Below, piece after piece: positions 48,211-57,878 of a stretch of DNA of 64,000 bases (position 1 is the first letter of the stretch; every line of letters begins with the position of its first letter). The stretch spans positions 245,250 through 309,249 of the forward strand of contig CAKQLF010000001.1 in the NCBI GenBank assembly GCA_934254585.1, read 5' to 3'. The position numbers and the translations under genes were made by a program. The notes beneath the pieces are model-generated. The model saw nothing but the letters and a program-made list of their open reading frames with translations, was not told the DNA's origin and ran no database searches. The stretch comes from an uncultured Alphaproteobacteria bacterium (GTDB lineage Bacteria; Pseudomonadota; Alphaproteobacteria; RF32; CAG-239).

Positions 48211-48861
48211 GTGTTTTTTACGATGGATATGCAAAAAATGGAACAAAGCCAAAATTCTTTGGAACGCTTGAGAAAATCAGTTGATGAACTGATTGAGGTT
48301 ATTCATAAACAGCAAGCCGATTTTGAACAAAAGCTTAAAGCAGAGCAGGATAAAACCGCGTTGGAAAGTGCAAAAGCCGAGGTTTTAAGTGCGGATAACG
48401 CAAAGTTAAAGTCTGAACTGGCGGCGGCTCAGAACAATTCGGAAAATGAAGCTCGTCTGCAACAGCTGCAAAATGAAATTGAAAATAAAACAGCTAAAAT
48501 AAGCAATTTGCAAAATGAAGTGCAGAACTTGAACAATGCTTTGACGAATCGCAAAAATCAGTTGGAAGAACTGGAGGCTAAAAATAAGCAATTTGCCGAG
48601 CAGTTGGAAGAGGCTAACGGTAGAGTTTTAACCTTGGAACAAACAAGTTCGGCCGGTAGCAGCGAGTTGGAAGAACTGAAAGAGCAATTGGCGGCGGAAA
48701 CGTTGCAAAAAGAGGATTTAGCGCAAAAATGTCAGGATTTTGAAACAAAACTGGCCGAAATGCAAACAACAATCAGCCAAACCTCGGAAAATATTGACGA
48801 TGTGGTGGCCAGACTGGAAAAGGTGTTAGAAGAAAATGGGGCAAGTTACAATAACAATTGA
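48211..48861 (+). CDS. Coiled-coil protein upstream of zapA (ZauP/ZapB-like candidate)
   Basis: 216 aa, nearly all heptad-like Q/E/L/K/N-rich coiled coil. Overlaps the zapA start. Confidence 0.4.
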   Translation: MFFTMDMQKMEQSQNSLERLRKSVDELIEVIHKQQADFEQKLKAEQDKTALESAKAEVLSADNAKLKSELAAAQNNSENEARLQQLQNEIENKTAKISNLQNEVQNLNNALTNRKNQLEELEAKNKQFAEQLEEANGRVLTLEQTSSAGSSELEELKEQLAAETLQKEDLAQKCQDFETKLAEMQTTISQTSENIDDVVARLEKVLEENGASYNNN

Positions 48862-49156
48862 CAAGCGCGAATACGCCATAACTTGTGAAGACGGCGAAGA
48901 GGCGCACATTATTAAATTATCGCGGATTTTGGACGGCAAAGCAAAATTGCTGTCGCAAAGCATCGGCTTGGTGAATGAAAATATGATGTTAGCAATGGTT
49001 GGTTTGTTGTTGGCTGATGAAAACGCCGAATTGCAAAAGAAAAACGGCGGGGTTTCTGATGAAAATATAAAACAAATAGACGAAGCCGTTGCCAAATCCA
49101 TAGACAGCGAATCGCAGCGAATTCATTCGCTTGTGCAAAATATAAAACCTTTGTGA
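48836..49156 (+). CDS. zapA: Cell division protein ZapA
   Basis: 106 aa. VTITIDKREYAITCEDGEEAHI is typical of ZapA. Confidence 0.7.
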   Translation: MGQVTITIDKREYAITCEDGEEAHIIKLSRILDGKAKLLSQSIGLVNENMMLAMVGLLLADENAELQKKNGGVSDENIKQIDEAVAKSIDSESQRIHSLVQNIKPL

Positions 49157-49234
49157 TTTTGTGGTGGAAAAGTAAGAAAAATTTGCTTTTTTCCGCTTGA
49201 AATACATTTGATTTTACGCTAGTATATTTATATA

Positions 49235-49425
49235 AATAAAGACTGTCTGATGCGTCATCACCGCATGTCTTTCCGGCCAACATTATTATTTAGGGAGCTG
49301 TCTCTGTCTAAATCGTGGTTTAGTTATATGGCACCCACCTTGTACAAGCGGTTCGGTAGAGAATGTTCTCGGATACGGTCAGACGGTCGCAGTTTTAACG
49401 TCGCCCCAGGTTGGGCGGCGTTTTT
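49235..49425 (+). ncRNA. ssrS: 6S RNA (SsrS) candidate
   Basis: Conserved zapA-ssrS synteny. TTGAAA-17-TAGTAT promoter at about 49196-49224. 5' gactgtctga pairs with 3' tcagacggtc as the closing stem, with a U-G wobble valid only on the plus strand. Terminator-like hairpin plus T-run at 49399-49426. Confidence 0.5.
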
Positions 49426-49649
49426 ATATTTTTTTCAACAAATAGTATCCACAGCGCGGTGAATTTTAAAATAAATTAACTTGACTTTTTTGCGGGGGGG
49501 TAACCTATTTTTTGCAAGTAAAAAGTGTGTTGTGTTTTTAAGAATGACAAATTCAGGGGTTAGAAATAAAATGCTCTTAGTAGTCAATAATATATATTTC
49601 GCAAATGTGTATTTGACTTAGTTTTAATTCGCAAAGAAAGGAAATAAGC

Positions 49650-52244
49650 ATGAGGAAAAGTTTGTTATTATCAACAGCATTGGTGGCGGTTTTCGCAGCT
49701 ACACAGACGTTTGCAGCAGGTGATATTATTACAGGCGAGGTTAATATTTCAAATATTGAAAACAAAACAGAAGAAAGTTTTGATAGCTATTATGGTATTG
49801 TTTATTCGGTTACATCAACAGGAACTTTGAATATTGAAAATTCTTATTTTGCCAACAAAACAAATAAAATAGGTGTTGGAGTAATTTATAGTGAAAGTAA
49901 GTCCTTAAAAATAGAGGGAACTTCTTTCGTAGAAAACAGCGCAAAAACTGAAGGTGGAGCTATATCTTTATACGGAGAAGACAATTATACATCTGATAAA
50001 GACTTGGCAGTCGCAAATATTAATAATTCCACATTTAAAAATAATAAAATTACGGCTGCTGATGTTGGTGGGGCAATTTCTGTTGGGCGCAATACTAAAG
50101 CAATTATTTCAAATTCTATTTTTGAAGGTAATACAGCCGATAATGGATGGAGCGGTGCAATTAATTCTTATGCATCGTCGAAAGATACATATGGTTTATC
50201 AAAAGGTGGTATCTTAGATATTTCCAACTCTAAATTTATAAATAATTCGGCATTGGGAAATGGTGCTATAGGAGCTTTTTCTGAAACAAAATTAGATTCG
50301 GTTGATTTTATTGGTAATAAAGCAACTGGCACAGAAGCAGATGAAGAAGGTGCCGGAGCTCTCTTTTTAGGCGCAGTATCTAAAACACAAGCAAATAATT
50401 TGAATTTTGAAGCTAACACATCCGTCTCAAATGGTGGTGCTATAGCTACTCGTACCGGACAATTAGCAAATAACAGCAATGCAGAGTTGAGTTTGGTAAA
50501 TTCTGTTTTGAGAGCAAATTCAGCTGAAAAAAATGGTGGTGCTGTTTATAACACTTTTTATAAAAGTAGTATTGGTGATTATGTTAACATATCTTCCACA
50601 ATTTTTGAGGAAAATAAAGCCGGTATAAATGGTGGTGCTGTTTATAATAATGGTGAAAAAGATAAAGGTGGAAAGGTAGCTTCTATATTATTTGCGGATT
50701 CAACATTTACAAATAACGTTGCCGGTTCAGAAGGCGGTGCCGTGTATAATATGAAAAATGCGGCTATCAAATTTAGCGGCAATAACGTATTTTCCGGCAA
50801 TACAGCCGGCGGTAAGGCAAATGATATTCACAATGAAGGCGCAATCAATGTCGCCGGCGACTTTACTTTGGATGGTGGTATAAGCGGCGATGGCACAATC
50901 ACTTTCGCCAAAGATTCCAACTTGTCGGTTAAAGTTAATAAAACCGCAATCGCCAACAATGTGGTTAATAACGGCGCAACCTTAAATATGATTTTTGATA
51001 CCGGATTTGAGGGCGAATATCAGCTTGTTACCGGCTCTTTGGATAAAGAATTTGACGGCTACAACAATAACGCTTTGTACAACATTGAGTCATCTAAAAA
51101 CGGCACTTATCAGATTAGCAAAAAAACAGCTCAAGAAATTTCTGATGCGGTGGCGGCTACGCAAAACGAGGCTAATGTTATTGCCGCTTTAACGGCCAAC
51201 GAATCTACAGGTCACGCAAAATCAGACTTGATTGCCAATTCGGTAAATGAGGCTTTGCAAAGCGGGGACGCTGCTAAAATTACTGCTGCCAAAGAGGCCG
51301 CTTCAGCGTTGGCTCCGGAAGTGGTGCCTGTAGTTCCACAAACCGAAACTATGGTGGCCAAACAGGTTTATAACGCAATCGGAACTCGCTTGAGCGGTGG
51401 AATCAATAGCGCAAATCAAGGTATTTCTTCCGGTGATATGTTAGACGATGCGGCGGTTTGGGTGCAAGGTTTGTATAACAAATCTAAGCTGAACAACACT
51501 TCAAAAGCTTATGGCTATGACGCTGACACTTATGGAACAGCTTTCGGTTTGGAAAAATTTGTTACCAAATCTGTTAAACTCGGTGCCGGTTATGCTTATA
51601 ACTATACCGACATTGATGGCCATAATCGTGATACAGATGTTCATACAAGCACTTTGTTTGCATACGGCGAATATAAGCCGAACAATTGGTTTGTAAACGG
51701 TATTGCTTCGTATGGTTGGTCTGATTATTCCGAAACAAAACATTCTACTGTTGATGTAAAATCTAAGTACGATGTTAATACATTCGGTTTGCAAGCTATG
51801 ACCGGTTATGATTTCAATTTGCCGCAAGCCTTTACTTTGACGCCGGAAGCCGGTGTGCGTTATGCGCGTGTCGAGCAAGACGGATATGTTGATGATGCAG
51901 GACAAAGCGTAAAAAGTCATAACAGCGATATTTGGACAGGCGTTGCCGGTGCTAAATTAAGCAAAGCTTTCGCCGCTGATAATGGTATGATTTTCAAGCC
52001 TGAATTGCGTTTGGCCGCAACTTATGATTTGAAAAACGATAAGTCTAATTCTTTTGTAACTTTGGCCAACGGCACATCTTATGCAGTGCAAAACACCTCT
52101 TTGAAACGTTTTGGCGTTGAAGTAGGTGCAGGTGTAACTGCAAATTTGAACGACAATGTTGAACTTTCTTTGGGATACGAAGGTCGTTTTCGTGAGCACT
52201 ATCAAGACCATACCGGTTTGATTAACGCCAAATACAAATTCTAG
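49650..52244 (+). CDS. Autotransporter with PMP-type (GGA[IV]) passenger repeats
   Basis: Signal peptide, about ten GGA(I/V) repeats and a C-terminal beta-barrel ending in KYKF. Terminator hairpin at about 52265-52300. Confidence 0.7.
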   Translation: MRKSLLLSTALVAVFAATQTFAAGDIITGEVNISNIENKTEESFDSYYGIVYSVTSTGTLNIENSYFANKTNKIGVGVIYSESKSLKIEGTSFVENSAKTEGGAISLYGEDNYTSDKDLAVANINNSTFKNNKITAADVGGAISVGRNTKAIISNSIFEGNTADNGWSGAINSYASSKDTYGLSKGGILDISNSKFINNSALGNGAIGAFSETKLDSVDFIGNKATGTEADEEGAGALFLGAVSKTQANNLNFEANTSVSNGGAIATRTGQLANNSNAELSLVNSVLRANSAEKNGGAVYNTFYKSSIGDYVNISSTIFEENKAGINGGAVYNNGEKDKGGKVASILFADSTFTNNVAGSEGGAVYNMKNAAIKFSGNNVFSGNTAGGKANDIHNEGAINVAGDFTLDGGISGDGTITFAKDSNLSVKVNKTAIANNVVNNGATLNMIFDTGFEGEYQLVTGSLDKEFDGYNNNALYNIESSKNGTYQISKKTAQEISDAVAATQNEANVIAALTANESTGHAKSDLIANSVNEALQSGDAAKITAAKEAASALAPEVVPVVPQTETMVAKQVYNAIGTRLSGGINSANQGISSGDMLDDAAVWVQGLYNKSKLNNTSKAYGYDADTYGTAFGLEKFVTKSVKLGAGYAYNYTDIDGHNRDTDVHTSTLFAYGEYKPNNWFVNGIASYGWSDYSETKHSTVDVKSKYDVNTFGLQAMTGYDFNLPQAFTLTPEAGVRYARVEQDGYVDDAGQSVKSHNSDIWTGVAGAKLSKAFAADNGMIFKPELRLAATYDLKNDKSNSFVTLANGTSYAVQNTSLKRFGVEVGAGVTANLNDNVELSLGYEGRFREHYQDHTGLINAKYKF

Positions 52245-52316
52245 TTTTTAACCTCTAAATACTCAAAACCCACCGTTCTTTTCAGGGCGGTGGGTTTGTT
52301 GTGAGAAACGGTAATT

Positions 52317-53717
52317 CTATCTTGCGCCGATTAAAGAAACAGAAGAAATTGTGTCGCCCATACCGACCAGAGTTAAGGGTTTTTCGATAATAATGGTTGG
52401 AACGGCTATAATGTCATAGTTTTCATATTGACAGATTCCGCTTTCAATCAGTTCGGGTTTTTGCAAATACTCGGACAATTCTTGCAGATTGTTAAGACTG
52501 ATTTCGGAAACTTCTTTGCCGTGCGCCCATAACAGTTGCGCGTGGTCTTCTATTTTTCCGGTGCCGGCTTTGGTGGCGGCAACAGTAGAAGCAAGCATCA
52601 TACCGCGCAGGTTTTGTTCCGCCGAAAGACGAAAGCCTTTATCTTGCAAAGTCAAATACAAGCCGAACATATGCAGTTGAATCCGCGGTGCTTGCGTTTT
52701 TTCTTTTATAAGGCGCACAATTTCAAACAGGCGCGGAGAGGTTAAGTCTTCGTGAGCCAATTCTTGATATTTTTGCGGATTGACAACTTCCAAGGCATCC
52801 AAAGCTTCCCGCTCATTCAAGCCGAGCGAATCGGCAAGCGGAGCAATTTTTTCGATGATGGCGGTGCGCACTTTTTTATCTTGGGTAGAAGCCAACTCCA
52901 AGTGGATAACTCCTTGCGGATTGTGTTTTTTCCAATCTTTAATTAAAGCTATGGAGTTGTTGACCAATTCTACGCCATTACGCTTAGAAGTCAAATTGTG
53001 ATAGCCGGAAAGCACCAAGTAATCATAGCCGTTTTGCGACAAGTGTTTCACAAAATCCGGATTGATAACCAAATCAATGTTGGCGGGGTCATAGGTGGCA
53101 ATAAAACGATTAGACTTTGGACAGGTAAATTCTTTGCCCCAAGCCGTAAACGAATCGCCGATGTCAAATTCAATAATCCAATGGATAAGCGGTGTTTCGG
53201 CGGCGCGGTCAATATCTGCGGCGCGGCAGACTTTTCCGTTTTCATCAATACCGAAAAGGTTTTCTAAGGGCAAAAATTGTTGGGCTTGCAGTTTGGGGTG
53301 AGAATTGGTATGAACAAAAACATTTTGCACACCCAAAACGGCTAAGGCATTGGCAACAATTCCACCTTGTCCACCCATTTGCAGATGGTCGTAACCTAAA
53401 TTTTGTCTCATCCATTCATAAACCGATTTATCATCGGTAATCCATTCTTCGGCAATGCCGCGGCTAAAACATTTGGCTATGCCGTGCACCACGTCTTGCG
53501 GATTTTCCAATAAAGTGCGCGGACTGTCAAACTCTTTTTCGGTCAGATTGGTCGTTTTTAGCAATTCGGCAATTTTTTTCCCGCTGATTTTTAAAACCGC
53601 GTCAATATTGGTGTTAAAAGCTGTGGCGGCGGAATGTACCTCTTTTACTTTTTCCAACTGAGCGGGAACAGCGGCGTATTTTTTTAACCAAAGTTTTTGC
53701 AAGGCGGCAATCGTCAT
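52317..53717 (-). CDS. ADP-dependent sugar kinase (ADP-glucokinase/phosphofructokinase family, archaeal type)
   Basis: MGGQGGIVANALAVLG (compare GGQAGIMAN) and C-terminal VGMGDTISSVSL (compare GDTISAG), 466 aa. Confidence 0.6.
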   Translation of the reverse strand: MTIAALQKLWLKKYAAVPAQLEKVKEVHSAATAFNTNIDAVLKISGKKIAELLKTTNLTEKEFDSPRTLLENPQDVVHGIAKCFSRGIAEEWITDDKSVYEWMRQNLGYDHLQMGGQGGIVANALAVLGVQNVFVHTNSHPKLQAQQFLPLENLFGIDENGKVCRAADIDRAAETPLIHWIIEFDIGDSFTAWGKEFTCPKSNRFIATYDPANIDLVINPDFVKHLSQNGYDYLVLSGYHNLTSKRNGVELVNNSIALIKDWKKHNPQGVIHLELASTQDKKVRTAIIEKIAPLADSLGLNEREALDALEVVNPQKYQELAHEDLTSPRLFEIVRLIKEKTQAPRIQLHMFGLYLTLQDKGFRLSAEQNLRGMMLASTVAATKAGTGKIEDHAQLLWAHGKEVSEISLNNLQELSEYLQKPELIESGICQYENYDIIAVPTIIIEKPLTLVGMGDTISSVSLIGAR

Positions 53718-54739
53718 TTTGTTCTCTCCATTTCTTTTAGATGTAAGTTGGCTAGCGAATTCATAATCAATCCATTAACGGAATGTTCAAATTCAAGATA
53801 GTCACGAGTTTGCAAAATCCAAGCGTTGAGTTCGGCAGAATTTATGTCACCATATTTGCGGTCGGTTTGGATTTTGTTCAAAGCCTCGGCAAAATCACCA
53901 TTGTTAACCAATTGATAAATTTCGTCCGGTGTCTTTGGAAAAACCAGAGTCGGTTTATTTTCTCTTTTTTTCAAAACAACCAACTCTTTTAATTTGCGTA
54001 TAAGAGCTTCATTCCAAGTTTCTTGAATTTCCGGTTCAGTTGTTTTGTTGATTTGCGGGCGGCTTAAATCAGTGTAAACTTTATGAAATTCACTGATAAG
54101 CATGGCTCGACCTTTGATACCGGAAACAGCATATTTTTTGAGAGCCGAAATATAATTCAAAGCGGTGGCGTTGCCTTCGGCCAGAATTTGCAACACTTCG
54201 GTTTCATAGTCAAACGGCAGGCCGTCTTCCGCCAAGCCTTTTACGGTGAGTGCCCCGGCGGCAAGCAAAACTTCCGGAGCTGTTACAGCGGCGGAAACAT
54301 TGGTGGAAACATTGGTGGAAACGATTGGTGCGTTATCGTAAACTTTTTCGGTTTGCGGTAAAAGCGGAATAATTTTAGCGGCAAGTTGTTGCAAATCTTC
54401 TTCGGACAGCGGAGAAGATTTAGTTAAGTTTTCCGAAGATGGCTGTTGTAGCTGATTGATTAAAGTTTCTTGTTGCTGTAACTGTTTTTTGAGATTGTTT
54501 ATTTTTTTATTGTAATCGGCCGCGAGCTGAGACGCCAAGTCGGTGTTCAGCGTTTTGGTCAATTCAATGTTATAGGCAACAAAGCCGGCACAGCAAAGCA
54601 ATAATACAAAACAAACGATAGCGGAATAATTTTTTTGACGAGGTTGCTTTTTTTTGCTTTCAACATTCTCTGCCGCAACAGGGGTAACTTCTTCTTTTTT
54701 TTCGATTTTAGCCATTTTCTGTATCCTTTTTCTTGACAA
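53714..54739 (-). CDS. Membrane-anchored coiled-coil protein
   Basis: Single N-terminal TM, then a coiled coil with a tandem STNVSTNV. 341 aa. Confidence 0.4.
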   Translation of the reverse strand: MSRKRIQKMAKIEKKEEVTPVAAENVESKKKQPRQKNYSAIVCFVLLLCCAGFVAYNIELTKTLNTDLASQLAADYNKKINNLKKQLQQQETLINQLQQPSSENLTKSSPLSEEDLQQLAAKIIPLLPQTEKVYDNAPIVSTNVSTNVSAAVTAPEVLLAAGALTVKGLAEDGLPFDYETEVLQILAEGNATALNYISALKKYAVSGIKGRAMLISEFHKVYTDLSRPQINKTTEPEIQETWNEALIRKLKELVVLKKRENKPTLVFPKTPDEIYQLVNNGDFAEALNKIQTDRKYGDINSAELNAWILQTRDYLEFEHSVNGLIMNSLANLHLKEMERTK

Positions 54740-54820
54740 ATTGTCGGATTATATTTCATATAGTTATAACGAAAAAAAGTTTACAGATAATAAACAAAAA
54801 AAAGATAGTGGAATAAATAA

Positions 54821-55897
54821 ATGATTGTCTTGGGAATTGAAAGCAGCTGTGACGATACCGGCGCGGCGTTGGTAACCGATGAAAAAGAAATATTGGGTGA
54901 GGCGTTGCAATCGCAGGAAGAACATAAGCGTTATGGCGGTGTTGTACCGGAAATTGCCGCCCGCGCTCATTTGGAACACGTTGATGAAATTGTCAGTGCT
55001 TGTGTGGAACGCGCTAAAATATCGCTTAATGATATTGATGCCGTGGCGGCTTCTTCCGGTCCGGGGTTGATTGGGGGCGTGGTTGTCGGCGTGATGACGG
55101 CAAAAGCCTTGGCCTTGGCCTTAAACAAACCTTTTGTGGCCGTTAATCATTTGGAAGGTCACGCTTTGTGCGCTCGTTTGGCTAATCCGGTGGAATTTCC
55201 GTATTTGCTTTTATTGGTTTCTGGCGGACATTGCCAAATTTTAGTGGTTAAAAATGTTGGTGAATACGAGCGGCTGGGTACAACAATTGATGACGCCGCC
55301 GGCGAAGCCTTTGATAAAGTGGCAAAAATGCTGGGCTTGGGATATCCCGGGGGGCCGATGATTGAAAAATTGGCGGCAATGGGAAATGGTTCGCGTTTTA
55401 CGTTGCCTCGTCCTTTACTTAATTCCGGCGATTGTAATCTATCCTTTTCCGGTCTAAAAACAGCGGTGCGGAAGATTATTGAATCTTATTCTCCCGATGG
55501 AGAAGTTGAACACGCTATTTTACCAAAGCAAGATGTGGCTGATGTTTGCGCTTGTTTCCAAATGACCGCGACCGATTGTTTGGTTCGCAAGTTGGAAAAA
55601 GCAATTGCCTATTTTAAACAGAAATATCCAAACGGACAGCATTTGGTGGTTTCCGGAGGGGTGGCTTCAAACACATATTTACGCGGCAAACTAAACCAAT
55701 TGGCTCAAAAAAATGGTTTGGAATTTGCCGCTCCGCCAATTCGTTTTTGCACGGATAATGGTGTGATGGTGGCTTGGGCAGGTTTGGAGCGTTTTCGCAA
55801 AGGTTTTGTTAATTCGCTTGATTTTAAACCTCGTCCGCGTTGGCCGTTAGATGAAAACGCGCCTAAAGCCGCCGGAGCCGGCGGAGTAAAAGCTTAA
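54821..55897 (+). CDS. tsaD: tRNA N6-adenosine threonylcarbamoyltransferase TsaD
   Basis: MIVLGIESSCDDTGAAL start and Kae1/TsaD architecture. Confidence 0.85.
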   Translation: MIVLGIESSCDDTGAALVTDEKEILGEALQSQEEHKRYGGVVPEIAARAHLEHVDEIVSACVERAKISLNDIDAVAASSGPGLIGGVVVGVMTAKALALALNKPFVAVNHLEGHALCARLANPVEFPYLLLLVSGGHCQILVVKNVGEYERLGTTIDDAAGEAFDKVAKMLGLGYPGGPMIEKLAAMGNGSRFTLPRPLLNSGDCNLSFSGLKTAVRKIIESYSPDGEVEHAILPKQDVADVCACFQMTATDCLVRKLEKAIAYFKQKYPNGQHLVVSGGVASNTYLRGKLNQLAQKNGLEFAAPPIRFCTDNGVMVAWAGLERFRKGFVNSLDFKPRPRWPLDENAPKAAGAGGVKA

Positions 55898-56532
55898 TGC
55901 GTTCGGCAAAAGAAATTTTAGAAATTATGCGGATTTTTGAGCGGGAAAATCCAAATCCGCAATGTGAACTGCATTTTCATAATCCATATACGCTGTTGGT
56001 CGCGGTTATGCTTTCGGCTCAAAGTACGGATAAAGGTGTTAATAAGGCAACGGAAGCTTTGTTTCGGGTCGCTGATTCTCCGCAAAAAATGCTTGATTTA
56101 GGAATTGATAATCTCAAAAAATATATCAAAACCATCGGACTTTATAATAACAAAGCCAAAAATATTTTGACAATGAGTCAACAGTTGGTTGCGGATTTTG
56201 GCGGAGAAGTTCCTGCTGACAGAGATGTTTTGACCACTTTGGCGGGTGTGGGGCGTAAAACGGCTAATGTGGTTATGAATGTTTGGTATCATAGACCGAC
56301 ATTGGCTGTGGATACCCATGTTATGCGGATTTCGCATCGGCTGGATTTCAGTCAAGGAAAAACGCCGCTGGACGTGGAAAAAGATTTGATGGCGGTTTTG
56401 CCAGAAAAATATGTGATAAACGCCAATCATTGGTTGGTGTTGTTTGGGCGATATATCTGCAAGGCGCAGCGTCCGTTATGCGAAAAATGTCCGATATCGG
56501 CTTATTGTCATTGTGATGACAAAAAAGTTTAG
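55897..56532 (+). CDS. nth: Endonuclease III
   Basis: HhH-GPD motif (LAGVGRKTANVV) and a C-terminal 4Cys cluster (CxxxxxxCxxCxxxxxC). Confidence 0.85.
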   Translation: MRSAKEILEIMRIFERENPNPQCELHFHNPYTLLVAVMLSAQSTDKGVNKATEALFRVADSPQKMLDLGIDNLKKYIKTIGLYNNKAKNILTMSQQLVADFGGEVPADRDVLTTLAGVGRKTANVVMNVWYHRPTLAVDTHVMRISHRLDFSQGKTPLDVEKDLMAVLPEKYVINANHWLVLFGRYICKAQRPLCEKCPISAYCHCDDKKV

Positions 56533-57099
56533 TCACATTTTAGCTAAAGTTTGAGCAATGTCCTGACTCAGCAAATGTACGGCGTTGTTTTCAGCTTTGA
56601 CCAATTCGGCAATGCTTTCACCTTGAACTGGCGTTTCATAACTGGTTTGGCGGCGTTTCAAAATAGTTCCGTCAACATTGGAAATATTCCACCAAACAGA
56701 TAACTTTACTTTTTCGCCGCGGTAAGCCTCAATTTTATTAATCTCTATCTTAACATTATAAGACAGGGTTTCGGTGTCGTAGCGCGCGCTCTTGACGTAG
56801 GATTTAGGTAAATAAGCAATCAAATCGTTGGTTACGGTGTTTTGCAACACGGCCGGTAAAGCTTCGCCCCAGCGGCTGAATTCCAACATATTTACTTTTT
56901 GATTGGCCGAATTATAGGTTATAAGTTGAGGTCTGTCCAACAAATCCGGAACATTAATCGTTTGCACCGAAATACTTAATTGTTTATCGGAAATTTTATT
57001 TAAGCCGCGACTGTCCATCATATAAAAAGACGCATCGGGAGAACGCCAACAACAGGCGGATATTGAAAGCAGGGCGCAAAGCGTTATAAAAATTTTCAT
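56533..57099 (-). CDS. ABC-transport auxiliary lipoprotein (PqiC/YmbA-like)
   Basis: Lipobox-like signal (LLSISACC). Last gene of the Mla/Mce operon. Confidence 0.5.
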   Translation of the reverse strand: MKIFITLCALLSISACCWRSPDASFYMMDSRGLNKISDKQLSISVQTINVPDLLDRPQLITYNSANQKVNMLEFSRWGEALPAVLQNTVTNDLIAYLPKSYVKSARYDTETLSYNVKIEINKIEAYRGEKVKLSVWWNISNVDGTILKRRQTSYETPVQGESIAELVKAENNAVHLLSQDIAQTLAKM

Positions 57100-57878
57100 T
57101 TTGGTCTCCTTTTTCCTTGTAACATTGCTTCAGGGTGGCGTTCGAGATAGTCGGCCAAATTTTGAACCGAACGTCCGGCGCGGGTCATTTGATTTATCAT
57201 TGCATTGAAATTTGTAATGGTTTTTGAGGCTTCATTGGCTTTGCTATCCAAAAGTTTATCGGTTTTATCGGTGATTTTATATAAGTTTTCCATAATCGGC
57301 GGCAAACTTTCATCAAGTTCTTTCAATAAATTACCGAGTTGCATCATATTTTCGCGGAATGGAATTTCCTGTAAATCTTTAGATATCATTCCAATAGAGG
57401 AAATGACAGTCGGAATTTCCAAATGCTCACCGGTGCCTCGCAAAATGGCCGGTGTGCTCGGGTCCATATCCAACTCAATCATCAATTGTCCGGTTAAGTA
57501 GTTGGCACTGATTAAACGTGCCCGCAAACCTTTTTCTATTAAAGTATGTAAAATTTCTTGCGCGGTGGCATCTTTTCCATCTTTCATTTTGAAAGAGCGA
57601 TTTTGCTTAAAGGTGATGAATACCGGCATTTTGAATGTCCCGTTTTGCAAGTTGGTGATAAGGCTTATTTTAGCGACCTGACCGACTTCAACTCCTTTGA
57701 AAACCACAGAAGAACCTACATTCAGTCCTTGTATGGATTCTTCAAAGTACAAAACGACATATTGCGAATCATCGGAAGAAAACTTTTTACCGACATAATG
57801 AAAAATAATGGCGGCAAAAACTAAAAAACCGGTTAAAACAAAAAGTCCTACCATTTTATATGTGGTGTTTTTCTGCAT
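57096..57878 (-). CDS. mlaD: MCE-domain protein MlaD-like
   Basis: N-terminal TM plus an MCE domain. An alternative start at MVGLFV (57854) would abut the mlaF stop. Confidence 0.65.
   Translation of the reverse strand: MQKNTTYKMVGLFVLTGFLVFAAIIFHYVGKKFSSDDSQYVVLYFEESIQGLNVGSSVVFKGVEVGQVAKISLITNLQNGTFKMPVFITFKQNRSFKMKDGKDATAQEILHTLIEKGLRARLISANYLTGQLMIELDMDPSTPAILRGTGEHLEIPTVISSIGMISKDLQEIPFRENMMQLGNLLKELDESLPPIMENLYKITDKTDKLLDSKANEASKTITNFNAMINQMTRAGRSVQNLADYLERHPEAMLQGKRRPK

Noticed and set aside
48912-49462. ORFs 48912..49283 (-), 48989..49207 (-), 49250..49462 (+) across the zapA 3' end and 6S-like region
   Set aside because: Overlap zapA antisense or cover the structured RNA candidate; no RBS, odd composition.
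49954-51920. Several small ORFs on both strands inside the autotransporter gene (49954..50217, 50168..50479, 50995..51192, 51501..51920)
   Set aside because: Nested in a long, well-supported ORF with repeat structure; artefacts of repetitive Gly/Ala/Asn-rich coding sequence.
52489-53661. Cluster of plus-strand small ORFs antisense to the ADP-dependent kinase gene
   Set aside because: All antisense to a gene with clear family motifs; none has a credible start context.
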